Assembly: GCA_030141605.1 (NCBI GenBank)
Contig: JAQGDQ010000055.1
Coordinates: forward strand, 434,001-498,000
Length of the DNA stretch: 64,000 nucleotides
Direction: 5' to 3'
DNA from: Tubiluchus corallicola
Taxonomy: Eukaryota > Animalia > Priapulida
Of the stretch, positions 1-13,000 are shown in pieces; within the stretch, counting starts at the first letter, position 1; each line of letters starts with the position of its first letter. Under the pieces are notes generated by a model. That model was given only the letters and a program-made list of their open reading frames with translations, made no database searches and had not been told where the DNA came from. The translations under genes and the position numbers were made by a program.

Positions 1-1533
1 CAAGTTTCAAAAATATGTTTGTCTTGTGTTGTGCAATCAGTAATGAGAGGTCAAAGGTCAAGTAAAATAAGCCAAAAATAACTATTTAATGCAAAATTTG
101 AGCACAAAATTTTTCTTGCCAGTGTCTAAAGCATGGTCAGTAGTGCTTAGATTCATGGTCAAGACGAAAAAATACTGAATCTGTATTCAAGACAAAAGAA
201 ATGCAGTCGTAAATATCCTTAAGACAAAAAAATTGTATACTGTCCACAGTGATCATCGTTCAAAATTATAACTGAAGAAATTACAAACGTCTATAATAAT
301 TTTGTTACAATAATATTTATACGGTAATTGGTTTGGCGTACATAATGGATACGTAAGCATTAAAACAATGGGATTTCATTTGCTCAAATAGCTAGCTTTA
401 CTTAAAATTTGACCAATTTACTGTAACTGACACAATAAACTAATTTGGATAAATTCAATTTTGGAGATACAATAAATTCAATATCAGTTGTAACGTGTTT
501 CCTGCAAAACATTTAATAAAAATTTTTGCCAATATTTCAATTTTGTAGACATGGAGTTTGAAATTATGACCGATTTTCAGGTGACAAAAAATCCCATAAG
601 TCACAAATTGCAGGTTGTAGCTAGATTGTATCTCAAACCTTTTGTGCTCAAATTTTGCATTTAAAAAATGCTCTGGGCTCCCGGTCTATTTGTGTACAAA
701 AGCATAACTGTAAAAATGGGGTATGAACGCGCAAATAATTAATAATTTAATAATAAACTAAATAAATTTTGTTGTAAATAGAAAGGCCAAAGGCACTATA
801 TTAAAAAGTTATTAAGTTAAAACTGGAATTATGTTAAAACTCCTAAAATGATGTCATTTTGCAATTAATTTTATTAACCTTAGATACACAACTGCATATA
901 CAATACTATATACAGCTACAGCATTATAAATAAATTTACCCAAATCAAAATGCGCCTTCACAAAAAGAGATGACAGAAACGCGAAATTTGTTGTCAGTTT
1001 TTGTGAGGATTTTTGCAAAAACAAACATATCAGTAAGTAAGCATAAAAACCAAAGATAAACACAAGAATACTAATGGCACTGCCGTGTTAATCAGTAAAA
1101 GACACTATTACTCTCATATCAGCATCATGTTTCGTCATTGCAACAATGAAGGGTGCAATTGCTCAACGGACCAGTTACACATCAATAGCTGAGAAACCTA
1201 GCTTTACAGATTGTCTAACAAACTAGCTTTAAATATTTACAAAATTTCAGTGTACTACAAACCGAAAATTTCCCAAACTGGGTGAAAATGACATCAGACT
1301 TTCAGGATAAAATGTGACAAATCAAAGGTCTCTGTCAGCAACACAATTATGTCAACAAGTAAGTATATAATAATATGCATTGCTTATATGTTACACATGC
1401 GAATGATTACAGCTATGTTCACAATAAATTTATATACAAATTGAAAAAATATTTATGACAGTGTCATTAACATCAAGAAAAAGTAATATACAAGGGAGTT
1501 ATACTGCAAATAAGTTCTTCAAGTAGTTTAGAC

Positions 1534-1963
1534 TGGTGATGGGCAATTAATAGACTAATTGAATTAATCGAGATTTCAACGATGCATAAATCGATATAAT
1601 CGAGAGAAAAATATATGCCACACGCTGACTAAAATGCAGTGCTTTAGTACAAATAAACGGAATTCTTACATGTTTTCTTGATTTTTCTCACCTTACACTA
1701 TGCACACAATTGCAAACTAGTGTTGCAAACTGTAGGCTTCAAATTCAGTTTCGTTTGAAATGTGCAGTGACAGTTAACGAATGCTGAGAGTACGAAAATG
1801 GTAGACATCAATGAAAGCTGTGAAAAAATTATATTTCAGTGCTCCAACGTTTAAAAAGTAGAGCTAAAACACTAGAAAATTGTCACAAATAATTAATCAT
1901 GACATCGAATTACAAGAACAAGATTATAATCGAATTACAAAATTTCAAAATTACCAATCACTA
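1534..1963. mobile_element. hAT-type MITE in probable SS18 3' UTR
   Basis: Imperfect TIRs TGGTGATGGGCAATT / AATTACCAATCACTA; 8-bp TSD GTTTAGAC (1526-1533) vs GTTCAGAC (1964-1971); repeated subterminal AATCGA motifs. Confidence 0.75.
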
Positions 1964-2185
1964 GTTCAGACTCAGATTACCAACAGACAGATGGAGAAAT
2001 GACAGGTTTGAAACTGAGCATTAACCTACTATTGTAAATATTCTGTTAAGACATGTCTCAAAACATTATGCACAAGTTCCAAAAATGTACGATTGTGTAT
2101 GACAGTTCCACAACGATAGGACAATGGCTAACTCATGAACTAAGAGTTGGAGAATTAGTCCATGAATGATGATTTCGTTGACGAA

Positions 2186-4089
2186 CTAATACTTATTCTG
2201 GTCATATGCTCCATACCCACGTTGTGAAGTAGGCATTCCATACACGTTTGGTTGCATCGGATAAGAAGAGGGTACCATCTGGGGTGGTGGTCTCCTTGCC
2301 ATACTCCCATACATCTGTCCAGGCGCAAGTCCACCTTGCATACCCATGTGACTCTGATCCTGTCCTGAAGGTAACTGGCCACCCATCTGAGGTCCTCCGT
2401 AGTACTGGTTCATTTGATGTGGCATGAAACTTGACTGGCCCATTGGATTCATCCGTTGAGCAGGCATCTGAGGTGGCATCTGAGAACTTGGCTGATTCAT
2501 GTGACCCACAGAAGATGGATCAGTCATCTGAGAACTAACACTACTCATGTGTGCATAAGATTCTGGGGGCTTCATGCTACCGACAGAGGATGCCATCGGC
2601 ATCTGTCCCGGGGGAAGGGAGGAATAGCTAGAACTGCCTTCTAATTCATTTTGCATCATACTCGATATAGAACTTGGATGTTGCATACCAGAAGCTTGAG
2701 GCATGTTGGACATAGGACTTTGCTGGTGCATTCCAGAAACAGGGGGCATATTAGACATGGGACTTTGTTGGTGCATTCCAGAAACAGGAGGCATATTAGA
2801 CATGGGACTTTGCTGGTGCATTCCAGAAACGGGAGGCATGTTTGACATGGGGCCTTGTTGATGCATTCCCGAAACTGGGGGCATATTAGACATGGGACCT
2901 TGCTGATGCATTCCAGAAACTGGTGGCATATTAGGCACGAGACTTTGCTGGTGCATTCCAGAAACTGGCGGCATATTAGGCATGGGACCTTGCTGGTGCA
3001 TACCAGAAGCTGGAGGCATACCAGATACTGGACCTTGCTGATGCATTCCTGCTATTGGTAATGCATTGGACATCTGACTTTGCTGATGTCCAGATGGGAT
3101 GCTTGACATTGGACCTGACTGCTGATATCCAGAAGCTGGTGGCATATTGGACATAGGACCTTGCTGTTGCATTCCAGACATTGGAAACATGCCAGACATG
3201 GAACTTTGCTGCATTCCCACACCTGATGGAATACTGGACATGGAACCACGATAATGCTGCATACCAGATGCAGGTGGCATGTTGGACATAGGTGCCTGCT
3301 GCTGCATTCCAGACATTGGTGACATGTTTGCTATAGATGCCTGCTGCATTCCAGGTGACACACTGGGTACAGGACCTTGTTGTTGTGCAAGAGATGCTAT
3401 TGGTTTTGAAGGTTTCTTAAACGACATTCCTGCACTGTTAGATGGTGGCAAATTTGGCTCTTCAACAACAGCGTCCTTAGGAGAGTCATTTCCTCCGACA
3501 GCTTCTATGTTAGGCTGATTAACTGGAGGCTTGTCATGCAGTAGTTCTTCTTTTTGATTAGACTGTGTGCTCTCACCCTTTGGGTTGGTTAAAACATTGT
3601 CTTGTGCACTAGGCAAAATCTTTTCATCTGCCGAGTCACCTTGGTGTTGATGGGATTGGACTTTCTCCGCTTCATGGGCTTCATCTTGCAACTGATTTGA
3701 ACCAGCAGAAGATGGCATTTGAGGACCTTCTTGAGATGCAAGGTTGTCCAACATTGGATTCTGCTTACCTGGCTGGGTCAGTCGGGATTGAGTCATATCA
3801 CCTTGAGCGTGTTCGCCGCTTACTACTGACATTTGGCCTTGTTGAGAAATTTGTGCCGACTGATACCCTGGCGTGCCATAGCCTTGTGACAGTTGCTGTT
3901 GCGGAACAGAATTGTACGGAACCCCATATCCAGATGTTTGCTGCTGATAATTCATTGGTTGATTTGCAATGCGTGTGGGACCAGTAGGCCCAGCATTCTG
4001 ATTAGGATAATTTGGCTGCGAACCATATGCGGCAGGGTAAGGCAACTGCTGCTGAGATTGATATCCAGGTTGTGGGGCAGCAGGACCAC
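2186..4089 (-). CDS. SS18: SS18-like terminal coding exon 6 (1.9 kb low-complexity region with 15-aa repeats)
   Basis: TAG acceptor at 4090-4092; continues in frame into the 619-aa ORF; stop at 2186-2188. Confidence 0.88.
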
Positions 4090-7000
4090 CTAAAACACAT
4101 TACATACCTGATTAATTACATTAACATACAGAGCATATGTGCATGATGTGAATATTTAAAAAAAAACTTATTTATTTTATTTTACTAAATAAGGTATGCA
4201 TAATTGTTTTCAAAATTGGTTGTATATAATTTATCATTCATTGACATATAACTGGAAAACGTTATTTTAGGTTAGCTATCAAACACGACATAAAAGAAAC
4301 ATATGCTATTCATCTTCTCTTTCGGTATAGTACTTTTCAAGGTCAAAATCAAATGCCCATCACGCAATTGCAGGACCTAGCTAACATAGAAGTCCAGGAT
4401 ACAAGGAACCAATCAAGGTGCATTATTTGGATATATTAATTCTGCCCTCGAGGTATGTAACCTAGAATGGGGCGGCAGATTAAGCTATCTAGAAACAAAT
4501 TTCCAGCAGTTACTCTCCCTTTTAATTACCAGGGACAGCACTCTTTAACTTTAGTTGATCATAACTCTTCAAATCCTCTGAGCAGTCCCCGAAACCAAAC
4601 ATTACACAATTTTTTCTCCAGCAACGTTACTATGAGGTGTTCAGTTCCAACAGTTTCAATTCAATATAGAATATTATTGCCAATGAACATATTCTTGCAC
4701 GAAGTTCAGTTGTGCAAACGCGCTTAAAAAGCTGCACCAAACTAGCCTAATGGTGATATTTCAACAAGCCTGCAACGCTCATTAAGAATAATAGTGATAA
4801 TAACTAGTGAACCTTGCAAAAGAATTTTGCACCAGCATACCACTCCCAACATCAACCTACGACATGCCATCATTGTCGTCATAGATTGCCATAAGAGATT
4901 TGAAATCATTTAATTGGTTCACAGCAGGCAAGCACCACAGCTTGTTTTATCACAGTAAGAACTTTTAAATTACAATGAACCTAAAATAAAAAATTAATTT
5001 CCATGAAGCTTGATTTCTAAAGTAAAAGATCACATAGGAGCTTCTAAATATACCAGTGCAATTTCCTTTTCAGTTCTTTCTGGGGATTTGTAGATTGTCC
5101 TCCCTTACAAGCGGTCCTATAGGCTGGCAGTTACATTTATCAGCTTGAATAAAAAGACGATAATTGTCCTGCCAGTGCTTTAAAGGGCCCACAAGTATTC
5201 CACTCGCCAGCACTGCTGAACAAAATGTGAAATTTGCATTATGGTCGAACACAGTGTACGATTTCTTTGCTGAACTAAATATGTTCTTTTCTGCTTCACT
5301 GTAACTCAAGTCTACAAATGAGAATTCCATTATGTTAGGCAATGTGTGATTCCAACGCCTGCATTCTATTTTACATTTATTCCTGCACTCTGTGCCAATT
5401 CTACCTTGCATCCCACAGTTCTTCTCACACATCAATTGACAATAGTTGTGACGTTCGACTGGCAAGTGCCGTCGATGTCTGGTAGGTGCTGTCGAAGTGC
5501 GATAGACGGGTTCACACTTTCTTATGCAGGTGGTCTTGCACTTTTCTGGATCATCAACAGCATTACACAAATCTTCACACTTGTTCTGGCACTTAGCAAT
5601 CACTGATGGCAGTGATGTTGTTGATGCGGTTATTCTCGTCGTCGAAGCTGTCGTAGTTCTTGTTGAAGTGGTTACTCTTGTTGTCGTTGAAGCTGTCATA
5701 GTTGTCGTTGAAGTGGTTGTTGTCAACTCCAAAGGTTTGCAGTGTCGTCTATAAAGTTTACTACATGTCTGTTCAGTGCTATTTAGCCATGGGCGGAGAC
5801 AATAATGATAACCATCACAAAAATACTAGTTATTGCTTTCGCACGTTTCCTCACACTTGGACTTACACGTACCCTGATTACTCCTCCCTGCACACTGGCC
5901 ATCACAGACAGCCGGACAATCAATAATCATGTTTTATGCACAGTTGCCAATTTTCTTGCAGATGGCATCATGCCATTCCTTGCACAACTTATAGCAACCA
6001 ATATATCCATGCCCCAAACTATAAACTCGGCCATACTTTTCATGACAACAATGAGTTTTACAGTTTTCCTTACACGAGAGACCGTTGTTACACTTACTCT
6101 CACACTTGCATAGACACTTTGTGTCCTTTTGACATTCGGTGTCACAGTGTCGTTTACATTTCTCTTTGTCTTTCCATGCATGGCAGTATGATCTACAGCG
6201 AGTCACACATTCGGTGAAAAGTTTACAATTTGCAGTGTTCCTTTTCTTTCTAACAGCTAGTCTATGGCATCTTTCTGTCACTCTTTTTGCATTCACACTT
6301 TGCCAATTAGATACTGTGCTCTTCTGCTGAAAAGGACCGATATTTTTGAACACTTGATTGAGTGTAGATACAGACTGATTGATGTAACACGACATCGTGC
6401 AGACATCTGATTACTGTTGAAAATCGCTGCAAGGCAAGTGTTTTTTCCAGATGGTTTTCCTGGGGATTTCTTCATTTCGATGCCACAGTCCTTCAGTTCA
6501 TTCCATCCTACATACTGAGAAGCCTCTAAGTTGACACCAAACTCTTCCATTAAGTAATGCTCAGTGCAGTCTTCATTCCAGACTGTTTCTCTGGAACATG
6601 TTTCAACTACACCATCGTCTGAGAATATTCCGGTGTCAATTTCAAATTTCATTTGAGATCTAGTGACCGGACGAGTAAAATTACAAACAGTTTGAGGAGT
6701 TTTGTCCAAAGTATCTGTGTAAGATATTCTAAGTCCGTGTGTTTTGATAAAAAGCAGGAAAAAATTCAGCCATGTTAACCACTGAAATGTAGAGTCACAT
6801 CGAGGTTTGAGAAAGATTAAAAAAACACATTATTGTAATAGAGGTCTTATAGCTATAATAAAAAGAACCAATTTTTCGAGTTCACTGTTATATTTCATTG
6901 CTTCAAACCATCAAATTATGAATTTCACAATATCGCATACTTCTCCTTTGAATCACTTTTTCCTTACAAAACATTAGCACAGAATTTATACAATTGTTCA

Positions 7001-10000
7001 TTTAATAGTGTCAATTAATTTGAAAACAACACTAATCTAGTTCTGTCCTCAATGTTTCCACAAATTTTCCTGGTTTGAATAATGTGAGCTCAACATAATC
7101 ATGGTCTTTGTTCTAGAGAAGCCATTGTTATAGGATCAGTCAGAACAATGGGCTAGTTTCACAAGAAAAGATACACTGGTTGTTTTGAAATAGCCAGTTG
7201 TTATATTTTTTGGTTTTAATTAAAATGAGTTTATGGATAATCATCATCCTTACTGTTCTCTAATGAGGTGAGCAGGAAGTAAAACAAAGTGCAAATCTGT
7301 AGCTGTTGCCATTACTGCTACTGTTGCTGTTGCCATTGTTGGTGTTGTTGCTCTTGCAGCCGCTGTAGTAAGGTAGTAGCCATGAAAAGCATTTCTCAAG
7401 CCTTACAAATTTTATTTGTTCAGCAAAAATATTTTTCACTTAGAGGCAGTCAAAACCACAAAATTTCCTTTGCAAATTTACATAAATATCTACAGATTAA
7501 TTAATTTTTTACAATATTTTTTGTTGCTACTACTGTTGTTGTTACTGCTGCTTTTAGTACTTTTGCTGTTGTTGTCATTGTTATTGTTACCACTGCCATT
7601 GTCATTGTCGTTTGAATACTCCCACAAAGCACCACATGATTGTCTCTTGCATATGATGTACCATGAAAATTTCTAAAAAAATTAGGTGGGTGGGTTTGAG
7701 AAAATGCCCGAATGGGCATTGGACCAATGACATGGTCCTTTTTTATGTGTCATTTGTCAGCTGAGAAAATTGCATACAATATATATATATATATAGATAT
7801 TGTAATATATTGTATAAATATATACCATAGCATTTTACTATGTCACAGTAATATCATAACAACATACAAATCATCCAAGGTCTAATGTGCAGAAAATGTA
7901 AGGAAATGGTGAAAAAGAATAATAAATGTACGCTTGGTACGTTCCAAAAGAAGCTGAAAAATACTAGTATTAAACACAAGAATGGATATTTCACCTATCA
8001 AAACAGTTTAAACCTCAATGGATATCTAAGCGTTCAGCAATATTTGCTGACTATCACAGCGAACATTGGATTTCAGCAAGGAAGATATGTTCATAGTACA
8101 GTAGTTGCCGCTTAATAAACCCAACCACGGGATCAGTAATAAGTGGTCTTAACAAATGGTGATTTTATTATGCGGCACCCTGTTGTAAGCATGTGTATTT
8201 TGCAAAGCAAAGTATGTAAATGTCCCAACCTAATTAATACCATCTGATATGACAATTAAACGTGGGACAGTCAGCTCAGTCGCATGTTTACAGAATGACT
8301 CAAACAATCAACAGAGATTCAAGTTTATTCAACAGACTAAAATGTACATTATTAGTTGTTGATGCAGAGCGGTAATGACGAAACAATCGACTTTAACATT
8401 CAGTGTGACATACTAAGAAGAGGCAAATCTAGGAAACGGAATTTAAATTTCAACCACATATCTTAAAAATATGCAAGCTACCAAAAATATATTTTATTTT
8501 TTCATTTTGCTATTTTTTTGTCATCTAATACTAAAAATGTGGTCTTATTAAACTGACGCAGAGATTTTATTTACCAGATTTTCTTAGCAACAGTTTTTAA
8601 GGGGATAATTCCGGATCGTGCCTAAATGGTTAAAAAATGTGGCTGGTTAAACCACAATTCTATTGAGCAGCGACTATTGTATAACCAGATGTGCTCACAA
8701 CGGTTAAACTGAGTGCTGCATTATCATCTTAACTATCTTTATTATCTGAAATTGAAGTTCATTGGGGTCTGCTTTAAAAAACGTAACTCAAGTAATTGCA
8801 AGATAATAAAATTAATGACTGTTTTATTCACCTTGTGGCATATTAGATCCTCTGTAACCAGGTGGCATCATCTGACGACGATCCATCATGGGTTGTCCAC
8901 TGGGCATTCCCATGGGCATTTCGTGAGCTCCCTGTTGCTGACTAGTGTAACTATTCGGCATGCCACTGCTACCAGTAAACGAAGGCTGATTGTCACTGCC
9001 CATCATTCCTGCCCAATCAAATGTATAAACAGATTACTTCTTCGAACCTTGGCCAAGTATCTAAGCACTCAAATAATGCATTAATGCCTTCTTAATGCAA
9101 GCAATTATGGTATAGCCGAAACGTAGCTCACTTAAAGTCAGTTAAAGTATCTTAGCCTACATACACATGTGTTTATATATATATCTCAATCCTAAAAATA
9201 GCTCAAAACAGGTATGGCTGATGAGAATACCCAGGAGAAGCTTTCCAGAACATAACTTAAAGGTTAGCTAAAAAGGATTGTATTGCTTAACTCTGCACGA
9301 AGCACACAATGTAACTAATCATCTGTGCACCTCACATAGATGTTTAAGTTAGACGTTATCTTACAAGCTGGGCAAAAACTAAAAATAGTTACACATATGC
9401 GATAACCACCTATAAATCACAGGGCGTTTTAAAATTTTAATTTTTCAAATTTTAATTAAAATTTTCAAAAATTTAACATTCAGTGAACTCCACTTACTTT
9501 TGCAAATCTGCAAAGAATTTACACACATAAAATTTGACCCAAGTGCTAGGTACTTATCACGGTAACATTCTTTGCTAAGGTTTTTATCACCTTGGGAATT
9601 TTGCCACCAGGTTTAATAATTAGTCTGAAACTAAACTTTCGCCAAAAAATCTCGAATGAGCAAAAACTACACATTATTAGGGGTACCGATGAAAGATTGA
9701 AGTAAAAATTTGTGCAGTTACGATAAGTTTTGTTTTTTTTATCCTAGACTGCAACCGTTTTGAATGCCATTTTGATATTTTATTAGGTAGTTATTTAAAT
9801 ATAAACTCTTATTTAGCAACATGTGGGAAATTGTAGCATCGAGGTTTTGAAAATAAAGACAGATCCGTATTTTTGCTTAAAAAGCAACATTTATGTAAAG
9901 TTAAAATAAAATCAGTACCTTACAGGACACAAATTCAATAACATAAAAAAATTTAGTTAGAAAACACAGTGACCAGATGGTTTAGTCTAGTGGTAACTAG

Positions 10001-13000
10001 ATGTCCACTTTCCATCTGGGCGGTCGCGAGTTTGATACAGCAGGCGAGTCCTATCAAAGACCTATAAAAATGGTACCTGCTGTTGCCCTGCCTGGCACGT
10101 GGTATCTAGGGTAAAAGTGGGGTAATAATAATCACTGTTATGTAGTTGTAGTTTGTTATTTATAGTTAGTGGTCCAAAATGTTAATTGTACATACTAAAA
10201 ATCTGACTTTAGAAAAATAAAGATTATTATTATTATAATACCATAACATAAAAAAAAATAGTTAGAAAACACAAAATATAATATCAAAACACAATAACAC
10301 AGAAATATTGAGTAATGTAGCTGCAGTTTCCAGTTTCATTGGGAACAAACAAATACCTGGCATATTTGAAGAAACAGGGCCAGAAGTTGGAGCAGATTGG
10401 CTGGGAGGTGGCAGTCCATCACTTGCTTGCTGACCAGTTATTGGTTGCATGGGAGCCTAAAAAATTTACAATTTTGAATTTGCTTTCTGATAATTATAAC
10501 TGTAAAATTGGTAAGCGAGTTTGTACAAGATTGACACAATATCCACTTTACTTTGCCTTTCATCCACAGAAACTCTTAACTTATTAATGATTTTTTGAAG
10601 AAGGCAAGCACTGAAACAACATTAACTTCAAACAGCATAATACAAAAAGACATGATATCTATAACAGGAAATGTGCAATATCTTCAGCAACGTGATACAG
10701 ATGTTTAGCCAAGTGTTAAGCATTTGAAAAAGTGACACATTGTTTCATACTCATGGTTTTAGTGTTTTATTTCCTTTATTTCTAATAAACAACAAAAATG
10801 TGTCACTAGCAGTTTGTTTCTCAAAAATATTTGATGTAAATTTTGAAATGCAAAGCACCAGTAACAAAGACACGTTAAGTACTTAACAATAAAAAGTACA
10901 TTTCTGTAAGGGTGCAAATTCAATTTGTGAGCACATTAAAGCAAAACCGGACCCAATCTTAAACTGTAGGCCTAAACAAGTTGTTCTTTAACATGTTGAA
11001 AGCAAACATATTACGCAACATGCTCATGGAATATTTTTGCTGTTGAAAATGATTTTAGTTTGTAATATCATCACTAATTGGGTTTGCTCCGTTAATTAAG
11101 ATTTGAATCCACTATTCAATTATCATAAAATGTATACTTTTTGCCGTACTTGAAAATGGCATATTATATGAAAAATCCTGTCTTCCTTTAAATACTGTCA
11201 CATTCCAGAAAAACTTGCATAAAACTAAGTGACGAATCACAAAAAGTAATTATACCACTAGATGGCTATGTTGCCTGTATAGTCAGGAAGAAGCTGTCTG
11301 TCCCACAGTTATGACTTTTTCAGAATGTATGTTGAAACAAAGTGACAAACATGGCTAATTTTAAAAAGGCTGAAATTGTTGCAATTTGCTAATGTACTAC
11401 TAATGATGTAATGAAACAATATTAATATTTTCGTAAAAAAAATTAATGCAAAATACTTGTGCATCAAATTTAAAACATCTAGGCCCTACACATTCTTACA
11501 AAAAACTGTTGAGGTTTTTGAATTTCGAATACTTGTGCATCAAATTTAAAACATCTAGGCCCTACACATTCTTACATAAAAACTGTTGAGGTTTTTGAAT
11601 TTCGAATCTTTGTGTATCAAATATAAAACACCCAGGCCCTACACATTCTTACAGAAAACTGTTGAGGTTTTGGAATTTCGAATCTTTGTGTATCAAATTT
11701 AAAACATCTAGGCCTTACACATTCTTATAAAAACTGTTGAGGTTTTTAAATTTCAATTTTTGCTATTTATTTCACTGCTAATTCACTGAAGATCATACAT
11801 CACACATAATCATTTATGACCTTGTTACCTTGTTTAGTTACACATTAAATTTACAAATGTTAAAAACTCTCTGTTGTTAGGATATTATGAACCTGTCATC
11901 ATATTGGCGAAAAATGGCAAGCATAATAAAAGAGAATACCTACCGGTAATCCCATAAGAGCTTGAACATTTTGTGACGAGTCTGCAATTGTCGCCAAGTA
12001 TATCAAGTTACGATGAAGACATTGTTGATACCTGGTACACACACAATTTAATAAGTTTTACTAAGAATCTAGACATCATCATAACATAAATAATAGCTAA
12101 TATTCATCACGTGTTAATCATTCACATTAATTGCAAGAATGGTACACGGAAACTCTCAATGGAGCAGAAACTTAGATTAAAACAGAAAATGATTATAGAT
12201 CTCTTTTATAACAGAACCATTTTTTAGTCCGCCAGCGACAGGCAAATTGCTGCTAAAGTGAAAAGGGCTGTGTCAGTTTATGTGCCACAGAATAAAAAGA
12301 GTCTAAAAGACCAACCAGACTTACAAGAAACACAGTACACTCATATCTTGGTTTGCCAGACCTCATTTTTACGTATATTGGAAGAACTGAACAAAATCTA
12401 GACCGTTACAAAGTCCTGCATACTACGGACACTGTCAGTTGTTTCTCGAGCTGACCACTAGTTTGTGGGCTGTAACTTTGCTTACATCATTACATCAGTG
12501 TAACAATGCAGCATGCAACGACACTGTACTTAACTGCGATTGTTTTTTGTTTCTGCATATATTATAGTGCACAAAAGCAAAATATGACGACATAAAAATA
12601 GTAAAAGCTCATTGATCATACAAAAGTATCTTATTTAAGCATGTGCAGAAAAAATACAGTCAATTATGTGGCGCTATTAAATGCCAATAGTTTTTATATA
12701 ATTTTGCATAGCAGCAGCCCGTACTATACGTTTTTGAGACAACTAGGCAACTAATTCTACATTACCATGAGTCTAATACGCAGCGCCTACTGTATTAGCT
12801 TAGTATCAGTAAATAAGAACAATCAACAAATTCGGACCGACGTCTCCCTGTTTTGTCCGACAAATCGAGATATGAGTGTATCATGTTTCTTTCGAATTTA
12901 CTCTTTTTATTTCCAATTAGATATTTTCAGGTCATTTCAAGAACTAATTTATTCTACTTTGACTTATATTATTCATGTATCTACAGGCTAGTGGAACCTG

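Noticed and set aside
2456-4093. Plus-strand ORFs over SS18 exon 6
   Set aside because: Antisense shadows of the repetitive coding exon.
4560-4840. Possible hAT dimerisation-domain remnant (VPTVSIQYRILLP...NLAKEF)
   Set aside because: The diagnostic ERxFS motif is not visible; too degenerate to call without a profile search.
6404-6416. 8-nt GTAATCAG micro-intron whose removal would fix the nested gene's frameshift
   Set aside because: Far below the minimal spliceosomal intron size; treated as coincidence.
9215-9245. Other CTGATGA sites (9218, ~39514, ~52184, ~58294) as hammerheads
   Set aside because: No helix II followed by GAAA and no helix I/III pairing.
11452-11755. Regularly spaced repeats as a CRISPR array
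   Set aside because: Units are contiguous with no unique spacers, lie in a eukaryotic intron, and have no cas genes; this is a plain minisatellite.
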